This document shows, one piece after another, positions 8,110 to 17,248 of a stretch of DNA of 64,000 nucleotides (within the stretch, counting starts at the first letter, position 1; every line of letters begins with the position of its first letter). A program made the position numbers and the translations under genes. The DNA is from Bacteroidaceae bacterium (lineage in GTDB: Bacteria; Bacillota_I; Bacilli_A; RF39; UBA660): assembly GCA_963616135.1 (NCBI GenBank), contig CAVEJT010000001.1, positions 76,844-140,843 of the forward strand, read 5' to 3'. The notes under the pieces are model-generated. The model worked only from the letters and a program-made list of their open reading frames with translations. It was not told the DNA's origin and did no database searches.

Positions 8110-10005
8110 ATGATAGACAGCGTAGAAAAAATATGTATCAGAAGGAGGTGTGGTATGAATGAAGCAGAATTAAATCAAAAGTTGGAAACAATTGTTAAAC
8201 TTGCTCAATCAAAAATAATAACTTTTTTAAGTGATTATACAAATGAGAATATAATTAATAAAGTTAAAGAAGTATTTGATAAGAATCCAGTTATTCTAGG
8301 AAATATTGAAAAGAAAGTTAGTGAATTTGGCAAAACTACAACAATAGGTGGGTTAGCATCAGAGTCTGATATAGCAATTTCAAAAGATGATGTGATGAGG
8401 TTTAGTTTAGATGAAGAGTATGAAGTTGATAGAATGTTAGGAACAATAATTCATGAATATGCTCATCAGTTTCGTAAAATGAATTCACAATATGGAAATA
8501 TGTTTGAAGAATCATTTGCAACAATTTTTGCAGAAACATGCGTTAACTATTCTAAAATGAAAAACATTGAAACTCATCCTCAAAGTGAAAGATTTCAAAT
8601 ACAAACTTCTGTTGAATACACAAAGGCAGAATCACAAGTTAGAGGATTGATGTTTGTTTTAAGGGAAAGAAACATGGATATTAACTTAATGTTAGAATAT
8701 ATATTAGGAAATGAGAAATATTTTCAACAAGTATGTTCTCAGGTGTTTGGACAAGGTTTTAACGATTATTACAATGAAGCAATCAATTTGCAAGAAAATA
8801 AACAATATTCAAATAAGTCTGAGAAATTATTAGTTGAATTATTAGCAAATTATATTAAAAACAATGATATAAGTGTTAAAAAATATTATCAAGGTACTCA
8901 ATTAGATGCAACAAATTTGTATTCAACTGGTAGTCCTATTTTTGTTGAAAGTGTAGTCAATGCTGGACAATCTTCTTTAAGACCAGAAGAACAAGATTTA
9001 TTTCGTTATTTTGAATACTCTACAAAAGTAAATAGAGAAGAACAACAATTTGTTGTTGACGAAAAAAGAACGAGAATACAAAATATGATAAGTCAAAAGT
9101 ATGGATTAGTAGGAAAAACTCCAGAACAATTACATGAAACATTAATGGATCTTTGTTCTGATTATATCCAATTTAAAAGTCGCACAGATGATGAAAGAAT
9201 GATTTATTTTGATGAAATAAAGAAAATAATTCCTAATATTGAAGAATTTTCTACAACATTTAAACAGTTGAGAATTTCTGGATTAGATAATAAAATAACA
9301 CAAAACTTAGATTTGAATAACATTAGTTATAGTAGTTTATTTACAGCAATGAACGGTTTAATTCCTAAAAAAGAATCAGAAACAACAAATATTCAACAAA
9401 CGCCAAAACCAGATTTGATATTTTATCATGGAGGTGCTGAACCAACATTTTCGATAGATCAATTAGATGTTTTAAGAAAGTCACAAAAACAACAAACACA
9501 AAGTAATTCTTATGCAGGTTTCTATATGTATTCAGAGCAAGATAGAGATGGAGCATTTAATTATGCAGAACAAGAAAATCGTAGAAAAAATACAACTACT
9601 AAAGGTGTTGTGAAAATAGTATTGGATGGCAATGTTAATACTTATCAAGTTCCACCATTTAGTATAACTAGAATAACACAGGATCAGTTAATTCAATTGC
9701 AGCAACAAGGTTATGATTTAATAGCAGGAAAGATGTTGGGCAAAACAGAATATGTATTACTAAATAAGGGCAAAATTAAAGACATGTCTTTTGAAAGTAT
9801 GGATAAGAGATATATTGATGAAAAAGAAATGACTTCATCAATTAATGATAATAATTCAATATCTAGTTTTAGAGAAGAAAGAGCATCAGAAATGGAACGA
9901 AGGAATCAAATAAGACAGCAACAATTAAGTTATGCTCAAGCAATTAAAATGAATCAAGCAGAATTTGAACAGTATTCTCAAAGTGTAGGAGGATTTAAAA
10001 AGTAA
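8110..10005 (+). CDS. Large HExxH zinc-metallopeptidase-motif protein (likely true start ATG 8155 after AGGAGG)
   Basis: HEYAHQF motif with downstream Glu-containing segment; otherwise unrecognised 600-aa protein. Confidence 0.5.
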   Translation: MIDSVEKICIRRRCGMNEAELNQKLETIVKLAQSKIITFLSDYTNENIINKVKEVFDKNPVILGNIEKKVSEFGKTTTIGGLASESDIAISKDDVMRFSLDEEYEVDRMLGTIIHEYAHQFRKMNSQYGNMFEESFATIFAETCVNYSKMKNIETHPQSERFQIQTSVEYTKAESQVRGLMFVLRERNMDINLMLEYILGNEKYFQQVCSQVFGQGFNDYYNEAINLQENKQYSNKSEKLLVELLANYIKNNDISVKKYYQGTQLDATNLYSTGSPIFVESVVNAGQSSLRPEEQDLFRYFEYSTKVNREEQQFVVDEKRTRIQNMISQKYGLVGKTPEQLHETLMDLCSDYIQFKSRTDDERMIYFDEIKKIIPNIEEFSTTFKQLRISGLDNKITQNLDLNNISYSSLFTAMNGLIPKKESETTNIQQTPKPDLIFYHGGAEPTFSIDQLDVLRKSQKQQTQSNSYAGFYMYSEQDRDGAFNYAEQENRRKNTTTKGVVKIVLDGNVNTYQVPPFSITRITQDQLIQLQQQGYDLIAGKMLGKTEYVLLNKGKIKDMSFESMDKRYIDEKEMTSSINDNNSISSFREERASEMERRNQIRQQQLSYAQAIKMNQAEFEQYSQSVGGFKK

Positions 10006-10271
10006 TGGAAGATAATTTTATAACTAAATATGATAAATTAGATATTAATACAAAAAGAAATCAATTGAGTGATGAACTTATTATAATTAATGAGTTAATT
10101 AAAAATGTTGAGGGCAAATATGGAATAACATCAGTGTCTAAAGTAAAAAACTATGATCAAGTTGGTGATGCTCATTTAACTGAAGGAGAAATGTTAACTT
10201 TCTTTTATGAGGATGTATTTAATATTCAGCAAGAGTTAATTACATTGTTAAGTGCAATAGATAAATTATAG
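10005..10271 (+). CDS. Hypothetical protein (88 aa), translationally coupled to upstream gene
   Basis: ATG overlaps stop of 8110..10005 (TAATGG). Confidence 0.4.
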   Translation: MEDNFITKYDKLDINTKRNQLSDELIIINELIKNVEGKYGITSVSKVKNYDQVGDAHLTEGEMLTFFYEDVFNIQQELITLLSAIDKL

Positions 10272-10350
10272 GTATTGACTCTCCACACGACTGAAATGTT
10301 AAACTTTAGATGGGAGGAGGAAATATTAGTAAAATAAAGGAGTAGATAAT

Positions 10351-10764
10351 ATGTACAAGATTGGTGATTTTGCGAAAATTGTAGATATTCCTGTAAGAAC
10401 TTTAAGATTCTATGATCAGTATGGAGTTTTGCAACCTTCAGAAATAGACAATTTTACAGGGTATAGATATTATAGTGATGAAAATATAGTGGAATGTGAA
10501 TTAATAAAATTACTTAAATCTTTGGATTTTACTCTTGAAGAAATCATACTTTATAAAAATTCTCTTGATGAAGAAGTTATAAAAAAGAAAAAGAAAGAAA
10601 TAGAGGAGCGAATCTATTTACTTAAATTAAAATACAAACGATTATCAATTCTTGAAGAAGAATTAAAAAACCAAAAAGAGTTTATAAATAAAACAAAAGA
10701 GTCACCTGAGGAAAAGGTGTTAAGGAGGAAATATGAAAAAAGAAATGTTGGAAAAAGTGTATAA
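10351..10764 (+). CDS. MerR-family transcriptional regulator
   Basis: YKIGDFAKIVDIPVRTLRFYDQYGVLQP...GYRYY N-terminal MerR HTH signature, coiled-coil C-terminus. Confidence 0.75.
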   Translation: MYKIGDFAKIVDIPVRTLRFYDQYGVLQPSEIDNFTGYRYYSDENIVECELIKLLKSLDFTLEEIILYKNSLDEEVIKKKKKEIEERIYLLKLKYKRLSILEEELKNQKEFINKTKESPEEKVLRRKYEKRNVGKSV

Positions 10765-12112
10765 TGCACAAAAAAATATAATTGTTTCAGGAGATATGGC
10801 AACAGGAAAAACTACTAGTGTCTTATTCCCATTAATGGATAAAATGATTGAACAACAAGAAAGTCTAATGATATTAGACTCAAAAGAAGAGTATATAAAT
10901 AAATATTATAAGAATTTAAAAGAAAAGAATTACAATATTGTTGTATTAAATTTAAGAGATTTAGATAAAAGTGATGGATGGAATCCAATTCAAATTGCCT
11001 ATGAATTATATAAAGATGGTAATACAGATAAAGCAATGGATTACTTAGATAAAGTAGCAAAAATAATGTTTTATGAAGAATCATCTGTTGATCCATTTTG
11101 GGCATCAGCTGCATCTGATTTCTTTACAGGAGTAGTTTTGGCATTATTTGAAGATGCAGATAAAGATGAAATTAATTTAAATAGTGTTAGTATGATGTTT
11201 GAAGGAGTTAATGAAAAATTCGGTGCAAGTGATTACTTGACAAATTATTTTAAATTAAAAGATCCAAGTTCACAATCTTATGTTTCAGCATCTACAACAG
11301 TTTTAGCCCCAAAAGAAACAAAAGGAAGTATAGTATCAGTTGCTAAACAAAGATTAAGAACCTATGTTTCAAGAGAAAAATTAAGCATATTGATGAATAA
11401 AACAACATTTAACTATAAAGATATAGCAACCAAACCAACTGCAATTTTCTTTATTGCAAAAGATGAGAGTAAATACTTAAATGCTCTAGCAGCTATGTTT
11501 ATAGAACAATTATTTACTGTTTTATTTGATACGTTTGATTTTAAATCTTCTAACAAATTTAATTTTGTTTTAGATAATTTTGATATTATTGAAAAAGTAA
11601 ATGAATTTACTGATATGCTAAGTTCTGGGTTATCAAAAAGAATTAAATTTACTGTTTCAACTCGTTCCTTAGAAGATCTAACTGCTAAATATGGTAATTA
11701 TATTACAAAATTAAGTAATATAATATATGTTGCTTCTGGATTATTAAAAATAAAAATAGATGATAAAGATGAAACGATTGAGAATAAATTTGAAAAAATA
11801 ATAGACGTTTATAATGAAGTTGATTATCCAAAATTAAACCATGTTTCAATAAAAGTTTTCGATTTAAAAAAGTTTGTAAGAGAAGCAAAGAAACAAGATA
11901 TGGAAAATACTTTTAATGAATTGCCACCATTATCAAATCCATTTCCATCAATGTTAAATGAAGGCAATAAGAATATAGATGATTTATTAAAAAAAATAGA
12001 TGATAAAATTGAGGAATTAGATGCTCAAGAAAAAATGTATAATATTGAACAACAAGAAGAAAAGGTCGAGTCTGAAATTGCTAAGTTTAAAATTGATGAT
12101 GAAACTAAATAA
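10733..12112 (+). CDS. Soluble, probably ATPase-degenerate paralog of the VirD4/TraG coupling protein
   Basis: Walker A GDMATGKTT; VVLNLRDLDKSDGWNPI and DPFWASAAS align with VVLNLVDKSKSDHFNPL and DPFWEKAEM of the bona fide T4CP at 37918..39861; DPKGE replaced by DSKEE and Walker B DEW by DNF; no TM segment. Confidence 0.55.
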   Translation: MKKEMLEKVYNAQKNIIVSGDMATGKTTSVLFPLMDKMIEQQESLMILDSKEEYINKYYKNLKEKNYNIVVLNLRDLDKSDGWNPIQIAYELYKDGNTDKAMDYLDKVAKIMFYEESSVDPFWASAASDFFTGVVLALFEDADKDEINLNSVSMMFEGVNEKFGASDYLTNYFKLKDPSSQSYVSASTTVLAPKETKGSIVSVAKQRLRTYVSREKLSILMNKTTFNYKDIATKPTAIFFIAKDESKYLNALAAMFIEQLFTVLFDTFDFKSSNKFNFVLDNFDIIEKVNEFTDMLSSGLSKRIKFTVSTRSLEDLTAKYGNYITKLSNIIYVASGLLKIKIDDKDETIENKFEKIIDVYNEVDYPKLNHVSIKVFDLKKFVREAKKQDMENTFNELPPLSNPFPSMLNEGNKNIDDLLKKIDDKIEELDAQEKMYNIEQQEEKVESEIAKFKIDDETK

Positions 12113-12126
12113 GTAGGTGTGTAATA

Positions 12127-13233
12127 GTGATAGAAGAATATGTAAAAGATATTAAAATAAAAAATTTAGATAAATTGGCAGAATATAGAACTAAGTTATA
12201 TGAAAAGCCAATATTAAAGGACTTATTTTTAGAAGTGACATTAAGATGCAATGCAAGATGTGAACATTGTGGAAGTAGTTGTGGCGACACGATTCAAAAA
12301 GATGAAATAAGTGCCGAAGATTTAAAAAATACTTTGAAAGAAATAGCAGAAAAGTATAATGCTAATGATATATTGTTGAATGTCACAGGAGGAGAACCTT
12401 TAGTAAGAAAAGATTTATTTGATATTATGAAATATGCTTCTTCACTAGGTTTTAGATGGGGCATGACAACAAATGGAATGCTAATTAATGATGAGATAAT
12501 CAATAAAATGATTGAAACTAATATGGAAACTATATCTATTAGTTTAGATGGTTTAAAAGAAACACACGAAAGGTTTAGACGAGTACCAAATAGTTTTGAT
12601 AAAATTATAGAAAATGTAAAAAAACTACAACAAGTACCATCAATAAAAATTGTTCAAATAACAACCGTAGCAAACAAAAAAAATCTGCATGAATTAGAAG
12701 ATGTTTATAATCTTATGAAAGAATTAAATATTATTTCTTGGAGAGTAATAAATGTTGATCCAATAGGTAGAGCCAAAAATAATAAAGAGATTTTATTGGA
12801 TAAAGAAGAATATAAGTATTTATTTAATTTTATCAAAGAAAAACGTGAAGAAAATATAATGAATGTAGAATATGGATGCAGTCACTACTTAGGATTGAAT
12901 TTAGAAAAAGAATTGAGAGATACATACTTTATTTGTACAGCAGGATTATATGTTGCAAGTATTCTAAGCAATGGAGATATATTTATATGTCCTGATGTTG
13001 AAAGAAAAAAAGAATTTATACAAGGAAATATAAAAACGGATAGTTTTGTTGATGTATGGGAAAATAAATTTAAATTATTTAGAACAGAGAATAGAACCAA
13101 ATGCAGTAAATGTGAAAAATGTTCCAATTGGAAATATTGCTTAGGAGATTCATTTCATACGTTTAATTTTGATGAAGGAAGACCTAATTTTTGTATAAAA
13201 GATATTTTTGGAGATGATAACTGTGATTTATAA
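12127..13233 (+). CDS. Radical SAM enzyme with C-terminal SPASM domain (peptide/protein-modifying maturase class)
   Basis: CNARCEHCGSSC (CxxxCxxC) near N-terminus; Cys-rich C-terminus CSKCEKCSNWKYC...FC typical SPASM auxiliary cluster. Confidence 0.8.
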   Translation: MIEEYVKDIKIKNLDKLAEYRTKLYEKPILKDLFLEVTLRCNARCEHCGSSCGDTIQKDEISAEDLKNTLKEIAEKYNANDILLNVTGGEPLVRKDLFDIMKYASSLGFRWGMTTNGMLINDEIINKMIETNMETISISLDGLKETHERFRRVPNSFDKIIENVKKLQQVPSIKIVQITTVANKKNLHELEDVYNLMKELNIISWRVINVDPIGRAKNNKEILLDKEEYKYLFNFIKEKREENIMNVEYGCSHYLGLNLEKELRDTYFICTAGLYVASILSNGDIFICPDVERKKEFIQGNIKTDSFVDVWENKFKLFRTENRTKCSKCEKCSNWKYCLGDSFHTFNFDEGRPNFCIKDIFGDDNCDL

Positions 13234-16114
13234 TAATAAACTAAAAAGAGCTAAACTTGAAAAAATTACGCAGCAATTTATTGATAATATAAATAAATTT
13301 GAAATATTTAAGATACCTGATAAATTATATTTAGACTATTTTGACCAATTAAAAAAATTATTTAATAATTATAAATTTGATGGTGATAATAGATTTTTTA
13401 CTTATGGTAGATTAGATTTTTTAAGAAAAGAGTTAACTGAAAGATTGAATGATCCAAAATTAGAAAAAGAAAGTCCAAATTGGAAAGATAAATGGGATAA
13501 TAGATTAGGTGCTTTTTGGGATTTATATGATTATATTAGAGGCGATAGGCATTTTACTCCAGGCAATATACCAGATGGAATGAATTTTAGAGATAGGCTA
13601 ATTATGAATGACCAATACTATAAAGATGGATATATTTGTAAACAAGAAAAAGATATATTATTAGAAATGATAAATGAAATTGTTCTATTTATAGAATCTA
13701 AACAAAAGAGAAAAAATGAAACTTCTCCTGATTTAAGAAAACTAATTTTCAAAATAGAAGACCATGATTGGGGAATGAAAACAATTTATAGTTGGAACAC
13801 AAAAGTATGGTATATATATGATGATTTATCAGTTGAGTTTAAAATTAGAAATGGAGAAGATAAAGTAAAATCGTATTCTCATAATATAAGTTCATTTGAT
13901 TTGCAACAAATATTTAAAAATATTGAACTTGCAAAATTGAATAATCATGTTGTTGAAGCTTATGATGGTGAGGCATGGGAATTCACACAATACAAAGATA
14001 ATGTCATAGTATGGGAAAGAAAATTAGAATATATATATGGTATAGAACCATTAGAAAATATATGTGATATATTATTTAATTTAGTAAAACAAGATTCTGA
14101 TATATTTACTGATAATGAAATGGAGGAGAATGATATGGGATTATTTAGTAAAAAAGATAAGTATAATGTTGATGTCGAAAAAAATAGACCTCAAATTGTA
14201 TATGGGATACCAGATGCTTTGAGAAAACAATGGGAGGAAGAAGAAAAGAAAAAGAAAAAGGAAGATAATAAGTATAATATAGATCCATCTGATAATGTTC
14301 CCCAAAAGGTTTATGGTGTTCCTAATTATGATTTTTCACAAGATAAAAATGAAAATAAGGAAAAGTATGATATAAATCCAGAAGATAATGTTCCAAGAGA
14401 AGTATATGGTATTCCGTCACCAATACAAAAAGAATTGGATAAAGCAAAAGATAAATATGAAGTTAAGCCAGAGAAAAATAATCCACAAAGAGTATATGGT
14501 GTTATGAATCCAGAAAAATTTGAATTAGATTTGAATAAGAAAAACAAAGAGAGTATAAGCGTTATTATTGATGATTATTGTCTTTCATTGACAAAATGGG
14601 ATAATACTTGTGATTTATTATTTATGAATAAATCTAAAGTATCATTTATAAAAGATTCAATTGTTTCAATATCATTAGAGAAATATGATAAATTTGTTAG
14701 TAAAATTAATGCTATTGTATCTGATTGGGAAAATGAATATATAGGAGAAAAAAACATTAAATGGCAAATTAAATTTAATACAAAAGAATTAAATAAAATA
14801 ATTGTAGGAAATGGTGAATATCCTTTAAATTGGAATAAGTTTATTGAGTTAATTTCTGAATATGAGACATTATTCAAAAAAACAATTATTTATAATAGTA
14901 AAGAGTCAAAACTAAATCTAAATGCCTCTTTTGATGAAATAGTCAAAGAAAAAGTAAATGATCCATTTTGGGAAAAATTAATATCAGACTATTTGAAACA
15001 AGAAATAGATAAGAATGAAACTGTTTTAAAAATAATATTTAAGGATTTATCAAAATATGATGACATATTTAATGAATTTACAAAGTATGTTGTACAAAAA
15101 AACTATGATATACCAAATGCTATAAGCGTTGAAGGATATACTGCCAAAAAGATTGCTGAATTAAATCCTAATTTTAAACCTACTGGAGTATATACATTCT
15201 TAAAATATTTAAGAGAACAACCTGAAGAAGCAAAAAAAACAATAGCAAAAGGATTTCCAAATAAAGATTCGATACAAAATCATGAAAAAAAATTGAAATC
15301 AATATCTGCTATTGAAAAAATCGGAATTCCTACAAAACAATTCGAAAATACAATATTATTTGTGTCAGAAGATGGTTTGATTGCTACTGTTGATAATCAA
15401 AGAGAATCTATAACTAGTGAAAAGTTTGATAAGATTTGTGATGTCGTTTATCAAAGTCAAAGTAAGCTTAGAGAAATAGCAAAACAACAAACACAAGAAT
15501 TTTTGAGTTCACATGTTATGTATGATGATACTGTAAGAAAATTTATAGTTAAATTAGAAGTAGAAGAATTAAATTTGAGTTATCATACTGGTACAGAATC
15601 AGATCAATATATTTTAAATCTAGTAAATGAGATTATAGGAATTATAAAAGATAATTCTAATAATAAAAAAGACATTAATGGAAAAAAATCACAAGAAGTA
15701 GTCACTAGGGAAGATTGGGCAAAGCCAATGCCAGAGCAAAATATTGTGTTTAAAATGGATAGGGTGCTAACTGAAAGTGAAATTGATATATTGAAAAGAG
15801 GTCATAAACCAGAAGTAATGGAAGATAAATGGTATTGGTATGTTGAAAATAATATCTTAAATATTCACCGTAGTTGGACTGGAAACTGTTTATTCAAAGT
15901 AGAATTAAATACTAGTGGTAAGTTAAAAGTAATAGCTAACCGTGATCCAGAACAATATAAAGAAACAAGCGTTGAAAAAGATAAAGAAAATATAAATAGA
16001 TTATTAGATTATTGGACTAAAGAAGATTATGATTATTATGAGCAGTTTATAAGTGAAACTTATAATAATTTGGTTAATAGTGGTTTAATAAAAGATGAAA
16101 ATATTGACAGTTAG
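13208..16114 (+). CDS. Large hypothetical protein (968 aa) with four ~34-aa repeats carrying N-x-P-Q/R-x-VYG-V/I-P
   Basis: Repeats KYNVDVEKNRPQIVYGIP / KYNIDPSDNVPQKVYGVP / KYDINPEDNVPREVYGIP / KYEVKPEKNNPQRVYGVM at nt ~14155..14520; start overlaps rSAM gene. Confidence 0.5.
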   Translation: MEMITVIYNNKLKRAKLEKITQQFIDNINKFEIFKIPDKLYLDYFDQLKKLFNNYKFDGDNRFFTYGRLDFLRKELTERLNDPKLEKESPNWKDKWDNRLGAFWDLYDYIRGDRHFTPGNIPDGMNFRDRLIMNDQYYKDGYICKQEKDILLEMINEIVLFIESKQKRKNETSPDLRKLIFKIEDHDWGMKTIYSWNTKVWYIYDDLSVEFKIRNGEDKVKSYSHNISSFDLQQIFKNIELAKLNNHVVEAYDGEAWEFTQYKDNVIVWERKLEYIYGIEPLENICDILFNLVKQDSDIFTDNEMEENDMGLFSKKDKYNVDVEKNRPQIVYGIPDALRKQWEEEEKKKKKEDNKYNIDPSDNVPQKVYGVPNYDFSQDKNENKEKYDINPEDNVPREVYGIPSPIQKELDKAKDKYEVKPEKNNPQRVYGVMNPEKFELDLNKKNKESISVIIDDYCLSLTKWDNTCDLLFMNKSKVSFIKDSIVSISLEKYDKFVSKINAIVSDWENEYIGEKNIKWQIKFNTKELNKIIVGNGEYPLNWNKFIELISEYETLFKKTIIYNSKESKLNLNASFDEIVKEKVNDPFWEKLISDYLKQEIDKNETVLKIIFKDLSKYDDIFNEFTKYVVQKNYDIPNAISVEGYTAKKIAELNPNFKPTGVYTFLKYLREQPEEAKKTIAKGFPNKDSIQNHEKKLKSISAIEKIGIPTKQFENTILFVSEDGLIATVDNQRESITSEKFDKICDVVYQSQSKLREIAKQQTQEFLSSHVMYDDTVRKFIVKLEVEELNLSYHTGTESDQYILNLVNEIIGIIKDNSNNKKDINGKKSQEVVTREDWAKPMPEQNIVFKMDRVLTESEIDILKRGHKPEVMEDKWYWYVENNILNIHRSWTGNCLFKVELNTSGKLKVIANRDPEQYKETSVEKDKENINRLLDYWTKEDYDYYEQFISETYNNLVNSGLIKDENIDS

Positions 16115-16159
16115 AATAGAAAAACAAAAATGTTTATTTTCTAATTAAGGATAGATGTT

Positions 16160-17083
16160 ATGGATAATAGTATAATAAATATAGGTTTAATAAAAAAAAT
16201 AAATTCTTTCTTAAAAAGAACAAATAGTCTAAAATATTTAGATCCAAACATATTTGAAAATATAGATGAAAGTAAAGAAGTAAATGATATGCCTTTTACT
16301 GATTATTATTTAGAATATATAAATAGTTTGCCAAGATTAGATTTTGAAAATGTAGTTAAAATTTCAAGAGAAGTATATCAATTATATGGAAAAGAAAAAG
16401 ATTTTGATAATATACTAGAAAAATTAGTAAGTAGTTATAGTATAACTGAAGGATCATTAAATAAAGATGATGATAACTGTATAACAAAGGCATCCGAAAG
16501 TAGAGTGTTATTATCTGGAACTTGTTATGATGTGGTGTTGCTATGTCATGAGATAGGACATAAATTAAGATTTGATAATTCTAAAAGCACTTCTGATATA
16601 ATGGATAGTTTTCTCTTTGAAACTCCATCAATTATACTTGAATTGAGTGCAAATGATTATTTGAGAGATAATTATGGCGTTGATATTAAAGCAGATGAAC
16701 TAAGAAAAGCACATATTTTAAGCACTAAAAGAGAAAATGGTGTGGAAAATAATATATTTCAAATTATAATAAGTTTATTAAAAGAAAGAAAATTAAATGC
16801 TATAAACTTATATAAAGAATTTAATAGAGATATGAATATTGTTGAATATCTTAATAAACAAGGTTCTTCTATTGAGGATTGTATTGATGAAGGAATATCT
16901 GCCTACTCATACGATATAGGTTATATACTAGGTACTTATATAAATAATAGTGACAATAGAATAGAATTTTTAAATATGCTATTAAAATATAAGGACAAAG
17001 GAATTAATATGCCGTTCACTATTGAAGAAGGAATTATTAAGACAACATTAGAAAGTCAGAGCATACGAAGCACTAAAAAATAA
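16160..17083 (+). CDS. HExxH metallopeptidase-motif protein (possible ImmA/IrrE-like)
   Basis: VVLLCHEIGHKLRF motif; size and motif compatible with COG2856-like anti-repressor proteases, assignment uncertain. Confidence 0.4.
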   Translation: MDNSIINIGLIKKINSFLKRTNSLKYLDPNIFENIDESKEVNDMPFTDYYLEYINSLPRLDFENVVKISREVYQLYGKEKDFDNILEKLVSSYSITEGSLNKDDDNCITKASESRVLLSGTCYDVVLLCHEIGHKLRFDNSKSTSDIMDSFLFETPSIILELSANDYLRDNYGVDIKADELRKAHILSTKRENGVENNIFQIIISLLKERKLNAINLYKEFNRDMNIVEYLNKQGSSIEDCIDEGISAYSYDIGYILGTYINNSDNRIEFLNMLLKYKDKGINMPFTIEEGIIKTTLESQSIRSTKK

Positions 17084-17104
17084 TACATTTAGTTTTTATC
17101 AAGA

Positions 17105-17130
17105 AACATCTAAAGATTTAGATGTTTTTT
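17105..17130 (+). terminator. Rho-independent terminator (AACATCTA aagatt TAGATGTT + TTTT)
   Basis: 8-bp stem and T-run after stop of 16160..17083. Confidence 0.65.
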
Positions 17131-17168
17131 GTATCTCTTAAACTTGATTAACCAAAAGATATTTTTCA

Positions 17169-17243
17169 AGAACTGACATTTCTATAAAAAACAAGAGCAA
17201 TGTGTCAAATACGAGTGTAAAATAAAAGAATTTATGATATAAT
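17169..17243 (+). promoter_or_regulatory. Promoter/operator block B (duplicate of block A): palindrome AGAACTGACATTTCT, TGTCAAAT/TGTAAAAT repeats, -10 TATAAT 17238..17243
   Basis: Alignable base-for-base with 8030..8104. Confidence 0.55.
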
Positions 17244-17248
17244 TATAG

